Made by a program: the position numbers and the translations under genes. 64,000 bases of DNA from Lama glama. Taxonomy: Eukaryota. The DNA lies in NCBI GenBank assembly GCA_028534125.1, contig CM052816.1, positions 77,936,001-78,000,000 on the forward strand, in the 5' to 3' direction. Below, one piece after another: positions 61,851-64,000 of this stretch (the first letter of the stretch is position 1; each line of letters starts with the position of its first letter). The notes below the pieces were generated by a model. That model had not been told where the DNA came from, searched no databases, and was given only the letters and a program-made list of their open reading frames with translations.

Positions 61851-63587
61851 CTACGAGAAGTCACATTTGAAAAATTTCATTACGATAATAACCCTTCCAT
61901 CCAAAAACATACCTAAAGCATGACTAACTGAAGATGAAGTGGAAGTCATAATGACAGCCTTCATCTAATAATAAAAGACAGTCTTACTGCAACCAATTAG
62001 CCAATTTCATGTGAAACCAGACTCATTGTTCACCTCTCCTGGCAGCTAATGGCACTCAGGAAATACTGTCAAATACTGTCATGGAAACATCGGTGAGGCT
62101 CCCCATCTCCCAAACCATGGGTAGCAGTTAAACTTAATTTCTGTGGTTTTGAAAAGAAACATTGGGACCACCTCTTTTCTTTTCTTACAGGACCCAAATG
62201 TGAATAGCGCCAATAGCTTGCTTGTCAGACCTGAAGTTTCCTCAGATGCCTCACAAACACTGGAATCACTTCACACGTTTCTGAAATGTGACCACCTCTC
62301 AGGAGGAGTTGACAACACAAGTAACTGGAAGGGAGGAACACTTATCCCACTGGAACTGGGATAAAGGTTGCCTTGAGTGGAGGGAGGTGCCTGAATCTCT
62401 TGACATGGTGACTTGATGGGGACTTATCCCTTCTTCTGTACGGTCGACAAAAGAATAAAGATCAAAGTGATACTTGTCTAACTGCTGTGGGTTGTTTGTC
62501 ATAATTAAATTTCAGAATATAAAAGAGTATACAAATTTAAAAGGGAAACAGTGTGACATTCTGGGGGAGAGGGAGAACATTATTTGGGGAAGAATTAAAT
62601 ATCTTTTTTTTTTATCAAAAGAAGTATCAAAATAATTTCCTTGAATGTTTATATGCAAAGTAAAACATCTTTAAGAGAGAAAACTGGGGGAGAGATAAAG
62701 GGAATTTATACTATGAATGACAGAATGTCTGTAACACCTCAAAAACACTTCTAGTGCCCCCAATCCTCTGCCCCTACTTTCAGCCTGGACCAGGACCGTA
62801 TCTCTCACTAGTAAAATATGCCCGCCTTGAGTCAGGGGAGCTGAAACCCAGCCACCCGTCACTCTGTCAGGCAACACGACACAACAGTATTTTTAGGAGG
62901 GGGAAAAATAGCTTTTCACTTCAAACAACTGCAGGAATTTAAGTAGGCCGCATGTAATTACATGAGCTAGACTGGTTATGACATCGACTTTTAACATTTC
63001 TACTCTTACAAAAAGTGTCACGGGATCTCTTTACTGATCATAAGCTCCAAGGGACTTTGTCTTACATGAGACCCACCACCAGGGAGAAAACCCAGCAGTG
63101 CAGCGCCCCCTGGGCTTTAGACTGAGCCACTGATAAAGTCCACAAGGGCATCTGCTAATGACAACTGATACTGCATCCAAGATCTCCTTCCCAGTCGCTA
63201 CCTGTGACAGGTCTGAGACTGTGACTCTGGGAAACAAAAACTAGTCAGATTAACGAGGTTGTGTAACAAACCCGGGAGAAGCTGCTCTGTCTTGGTAGTT
63301 AATTTTACATCTGAAGGTCTCACTGGATCAGTCTACCACGTGGCCAGAGAATTCAGGCTTTTCCCTTTTGGGCTGAAAAGTTACATGAAATAACCCTGTC
63401 TCTGTGATGAGTCACAGAAGCTAAAGGGGTTAGCTATTACGTGACTTGCAGTCCTGCCCACAAGAATGGGCTATTTTGTAATATATGCCTGAACTCTGAG
63501 GGCTTCTTCTGTTTCTAAAGCCATGAGACCACAACACAGCAGAAGAGAAGACAGATGTGTGATGGACAGACCGTGCTAACAACTTAC

Positions 63588-63667
63588 GGGTGATGATGTA
63601 GTCCTGGGTTAGAGTCTCTGCTTGTTTCGCCTTCCGCTGGGTTTTAACGACGCATAATTTTGCTCCC
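63588..63667 (-). CDS. WDR70: WDR70 coding exon (80 bp); earlier exons lie beyond the window
   Basis: actcacctcag|G GGA GCA…ACC C|gtaagt; GAKLCVVKTQRKAKQAETLTQDYIIT(P). Confidence 0.95.
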
Positions 63668-64000
63668 CTGAGGTGAGTAAAAGCAAATTATTTTCTTTAC
63701 TTGGTCTTAAAAGTCTATCTCAAAAGCATTAGGTACTTTTAGGAACACACTCTGTGCACACCATTTTACCAAGTCCTTGACTTTCTAAGGAATGATAACA
63801 GATGGAACCCTCAGTGATAAGAGATTAAACATACGGGAAAGCAAGTCCGTGAGTCAGTGGAGAGGTAACTAGGCAACCAAAGGCTTGTTTAAAAAATCTA
63901 TAGAAATAACCTAATATTAAGATCTTAAAGAGATATCAATAACATGAAGCAACTTTTCACCCTAAAGGTCATAGGGCTCAAATTTTAGTTTATGTCTCAG

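Noticed and set aside
63671..63679. Perfect + strand donor AGGTGAGTA suggesting an antisense transcript
   Set aside because: It is the reverse complement of the WDR70 acceptor tract (tactcacctcag); no upstream + strand exon is evident.

Overview
Mammalian genomic DNA, most likely a camelid: two tRNA-derived Vic-1-like SINEs and cetartiodactyl-type L1 3' ends are present, and I saw no Alu, B1, BovB or PRE elements. The window spans the tail-to-tail GDNF-WDR70 interval. On the + strand lie the end of the last GDNF intron, the last coding exon (6236-6720; rest of the pro-region, the RLKR furin site and the complete 134-aa mature factor) and a ~2.6 kb 3' UTR with AU-rich elements, miRNA seed matches and AATAAA at 9334. 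On the - strand lie the last four WDR70 coding exons (63588-63667, 61734-61850, 59559-59721, 43502-43589). They splice in frame with GT-AG junctions and are mostly missed by the ORF track; the poly(A) signal is at 43433. The rest is intron or intergenic DNA rich in L1, L2, MIR, MaLR/ERV LTRs and hAT MITEs, with several repeat-free, motif-dense patches that may be enhancers. I cannot support a wholly new biological system. The best leads are a divergent GDNF N-terminus lacking the Gly amidation donor of the predicted DNSP-17/PEP17 peptide, a possible stop-readthrough frame after the GDNF TGA, the 3' UTR control elements, candidate enhancers and some informative transposon insertion scars. Repeat family names, repeat boundaries and comparisons with human sequence come from recall, not from a search, so they are approximate.
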